DNA of 63,323 nt, counting the filler, from Folioceros fuciformis (taxonomy: Eukaryota): NCBI GenBank assembly GCA_049999805.1. It is 5 parts of 5 records of this genome, joined end to end, with 100 filler letters (N's around TTAATTAATTAA, not from the genome) between each part and the next. Parts side by side here need not be neighbours in the genome. Positions count along the whole stretch, not along the records: positions 54,262 to 63,323 come from JBNGIO010005806.1; 4 more parts are not named here. One strand, written 5' to 3'. Below, piece by piece: positions 60,501 through 63,323 of this stretch. The notes below the pieces were generated by a model, which searched no databases, was not told the DNA's origin, and was given only the letters and a program-made list of their open reading frames with translations. Every line of letters starts with the position of its first letter. Positions within the stretch are counted from its first letter, which is position 1. The translations under genes were made by a program, and so were the position numbers.

Positions 60501-61284
60501 CCGCCGGCCGTCTTGATTTGCACTATTGCTTGGGGTCCCCCGGCTATTATCACACATAACGGGTCCGAAAGTGAGGGATAAAATATTATCACAAAGTAGG
60601 TGTCCCGATCGAGACACCTACTTTGTGCTCTACGGCCGAAGCGGGCACATTTGTTACGTCTAAAACGTTTGGACCATATACCGCCCTCATGAAGTTTGTG
60701 TGACAGCTAGCCTAACCATTTCGGTATTCCATAAGCCATACCTACCAGTGCTCCTATACATGCACACCCACCAACCCATGCTCCAATGGTGCCGGTGTAT
60801 ATGGAATTGTGATGAATGAAAGTCCAAATAAGGCATACGAGCCCATCTCAGGGCCATTGTGGCCAATGGACAAGGGCGAACGAACAAGACTTTGCCAACA
60901 TGCTGCATTATAGTGCATATGAATCGGAAAGTGGAGATAACTAGAAAAACATTGGGAGGATCTTGTTGCAGGCATAGGGACGCCGATGAACACACCTTAT
61001 TAGGCGACCCTAATGACCATGGTCGAGGTCGTACGCTTTCATGCAAAGATGATACTGTAGTATGAACACGTGATGTATGCTTTTGTGGTGAACCCTCTGA
61101 CCAAATGGGAAAGGTGATTTTAACACTTCAAGAGTTTGTTGCGCAATGAGTAAGGTCTGCCAATCCGTGAGGCAAGACACAAACCAAGCCACTACGAGAG
61201 TCATCATGTGTTCCACACGGGATCGAGGGCATCAAGGTGGAGTCCATTCTTACCAAAGTCCAATGATGTACATTATCACTAGCA

Positions 61285-61397
61285 ATGCATGCTGAGCAGG
61301 TGCTTGACTTCCATGCTATATATGCATGCTGAGCAGGTGCTTGACTTCCATGCTATATATGCATGCTGAGCAGGTGCTTGACTTCCATGCTATATAT
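61285..61397. repeat. 37-bp exact tandem repeat, three copies
   Basis: ATGCATGCTGAGCAGGTGCTTGACTTCCATGCTATAT at 61285, 61322, 61359. Confidence 0.92.
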
Positions 61398-61979
61398 GTG
61401 GCCATGAGTACGCCTATTGTAAAATATTATATAGATATTTATATATTTATGTAGCTATCTATCTACATACCTATATGTGAAAACATGAGAATGTGGTATT
61501 GGTGGCATTTGTGGGAGGAAAGGGAGCTATTGAAGAATTTTCGAGAACCACAAAAACGGGGATGGAGCATACTATATATAAATGGCAAGCAATATTATAT
61601 GTCGCTTGTGTAGGCAATATGAAGGGTACTAAAATTATCCCTCCTGTTGGCAATCAATGGAGGTATGGTGGATTTGGGTGACGGGGTAGAGTAGCAAGGT
61701 TTGTGGGGTACACGGAAAGGGGCCAAATGTGTGGACCCCTAAATTTCAAAAACTAGAGAGGTGGATGTTGCATTCGTAGGCCCTGCAATTGACGTACGAC
61801 ATTGTTTACAAAACCCTCCCAGTGCTGACTGATGGATGACCGGAAGGAAGCCATCGTGCCTGAGCATATTGTGCGTGGGGTGTCGTGTTCGACAAACATG
61901 GCAACTTGCAGTGCCAGTTGCCGTGAGCATGTGTAGGGCAGAGGAAAGGCAGACCCCGCAGTGTTAGTAGCTGCATTGG

Positions 61980-62410
61980 GTGCAACGTGCAGTGGATGAA
62001 TGCAATGCACCAGATGGGCCTATTGAAGTGGGAGCAATTGTCGCTGCCATCGATACATCCAAATCCTTGGTATACCACGGGTGCAATGTTTGCCGCACAG
62101 CCGGGGACACGGCCTGGTGCAAAAAAGTGCGAGGGCTAGTGCGGGAGGTCATTAATGTTCCGAGTATGCGTTTTGCTCCAGAACGGCAGCTGTCGATATC
62201 GGCAATAGCATTCTCTACAGCAAGCCAGATATTTGGCATGGAGGCAACCGATTTTGTCACCATTGAGGCTAGTGGCAATGCCATGGACGTCGTCAGCCGC
62301 ACAATGAGGAGAAGGGTGCAGTTGGTAATTCCAGTGAGGAACCCATTCGACAATTGGAAGGCAGATGTGGTCCTGCAGCACGTTGTGTGCATGGAGGACG
62401 AGGGTGGGGG
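61980..62410 (+). pseudogene. RPA70 C-terminal-like OB-fold/zinc-ribbon remnant, possibly Helitron cargo
   Basis: IEVGAIVAAIDTSKSLVYHGCNVCR....WCKK..AIAFSTASQIFGMEATDF resembles the RPA1 DBD-C pattern (Y.xC..C..C..C; F...A..IFG..A). The last Cys is missing and flanking frames are broken. Confidence 0.5.
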
Positions 62411-63323
62411 ACTCTTCTTCCCTAAAAACAAATTCTTTGTGGGAAGTCCGCGGACTAGCATGCCAAACCTTTGGGCATGCCAACCCGCCTTGCAATTGGA
62501 ACAGAAGATGGGTTATATTTGGGGGTGCTGTTGTGGCCTGCATCCTGGTTGTCATGGCTACCATCCCACCCTCCGCGGTTGTGGCAATTACATTTAATGA
62601 CATCTGGACCATTGCTGTCGCCGCATACACGTACCCAGAAGCTTTGAGAGGGGAGTGAAGGTTGGAAGTAGGAAAAAAGGGTTGGTAAGGCAAGCAGGAG
62701 GTGCCCATATGGAATGATGTGAGTAATGTGCACGGGTAAACCAGAAGCTATGAGGCAGCCGTGAGTGAAGGTATGGTGTTCGCCTGGATGGGAGTATTCC
62801 CCGAATGAATAGCAAGAGGGGGGGAGGTTCTGGAGGGGTGGTAAGGTGTCTAGAATGGAGGTCGGCCATGCAGAAGGGTGACCCTTCAAAAATCAATGGC
62901 TTCCACTTCGAAGTTGCAATGCAATGCCCAAATGATGTTGGTAGAGTACCAGATGAGTGGTGCACATTTCTAGGAGACAGGAAAATGGTGAGCTGAACAT
63001 GCAATTCTCGCATGCAGGTTGGATCACCATTTGTATGGATGTGGATGTAAGGGTGGCATTTGGGTCGCGAGCTTGTAGTTGTCCACAGTGAGAAGTGCAT
63101 GCAATAGGCACCTCGCGGCAGGAACTGCAAAGGATGCAAAGCTTGCGGTTTCGCATGGGCACATCGTACTTGCAGTACAGAAGTGAAGAGTGTACAGCCA
63201 AGTCGTGTGTGAGATTGATGGCCCCTAAACCTTGGAGTGGGAGCGCAACATTCAAGATTGAAGTGCAGTGTGGCAAGGTGTGTTTGCTTGGGAGGGTGGG
63301 GGGCAGGGAGCAGGCGAGCGGGC

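Overview
Eukaryotic nuclear DNA from a compact land-plant genome. Introns are GT-AG and mostly ~80-250 nt, intergenic gaps are very short and genic GC is about 50%; a non-seed plant such as a hornwort is my inference. Four identical artificial 100-nt linkers (44N-TTAATTAATTAA-44N) split the window into five contigs, so adjacency across them is unproven. Contig 1 (1-27415) is gene-dense. It holds a 10-exon gene fusing an N-terminal DCD domain to a TRF4/PAPD5-type non-canonical poly(A) polymerase, an orphan two-exon gene head-to-head with an organellar L27 ribosomal protein gene, and a DUF616 (TOD1/MUCI70-like) gene head-to-head with VPS15. This VPS15 carries an apparent dysferlin (DysF) domain between the kinase and HEAT regions. 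SMAP1 (54 aa, missed by the ORF track), an intronless DRM DNA methyltransferase and a decayed Copia element follow. The remaining contigs contain decayed Ty1/Copia elements, an ABCI11-like ATPase gene, a ~3.3-kb tandem duplication with WEX-like DEDDy exonuclease copies, minisatellites, palindromes and an RPA70-like OB-fold remnant. The most interesting items are the DCD-TRF4 fusion and the DysF-containing VPS15. All assignments come from manual motif recognition; no searches were run.
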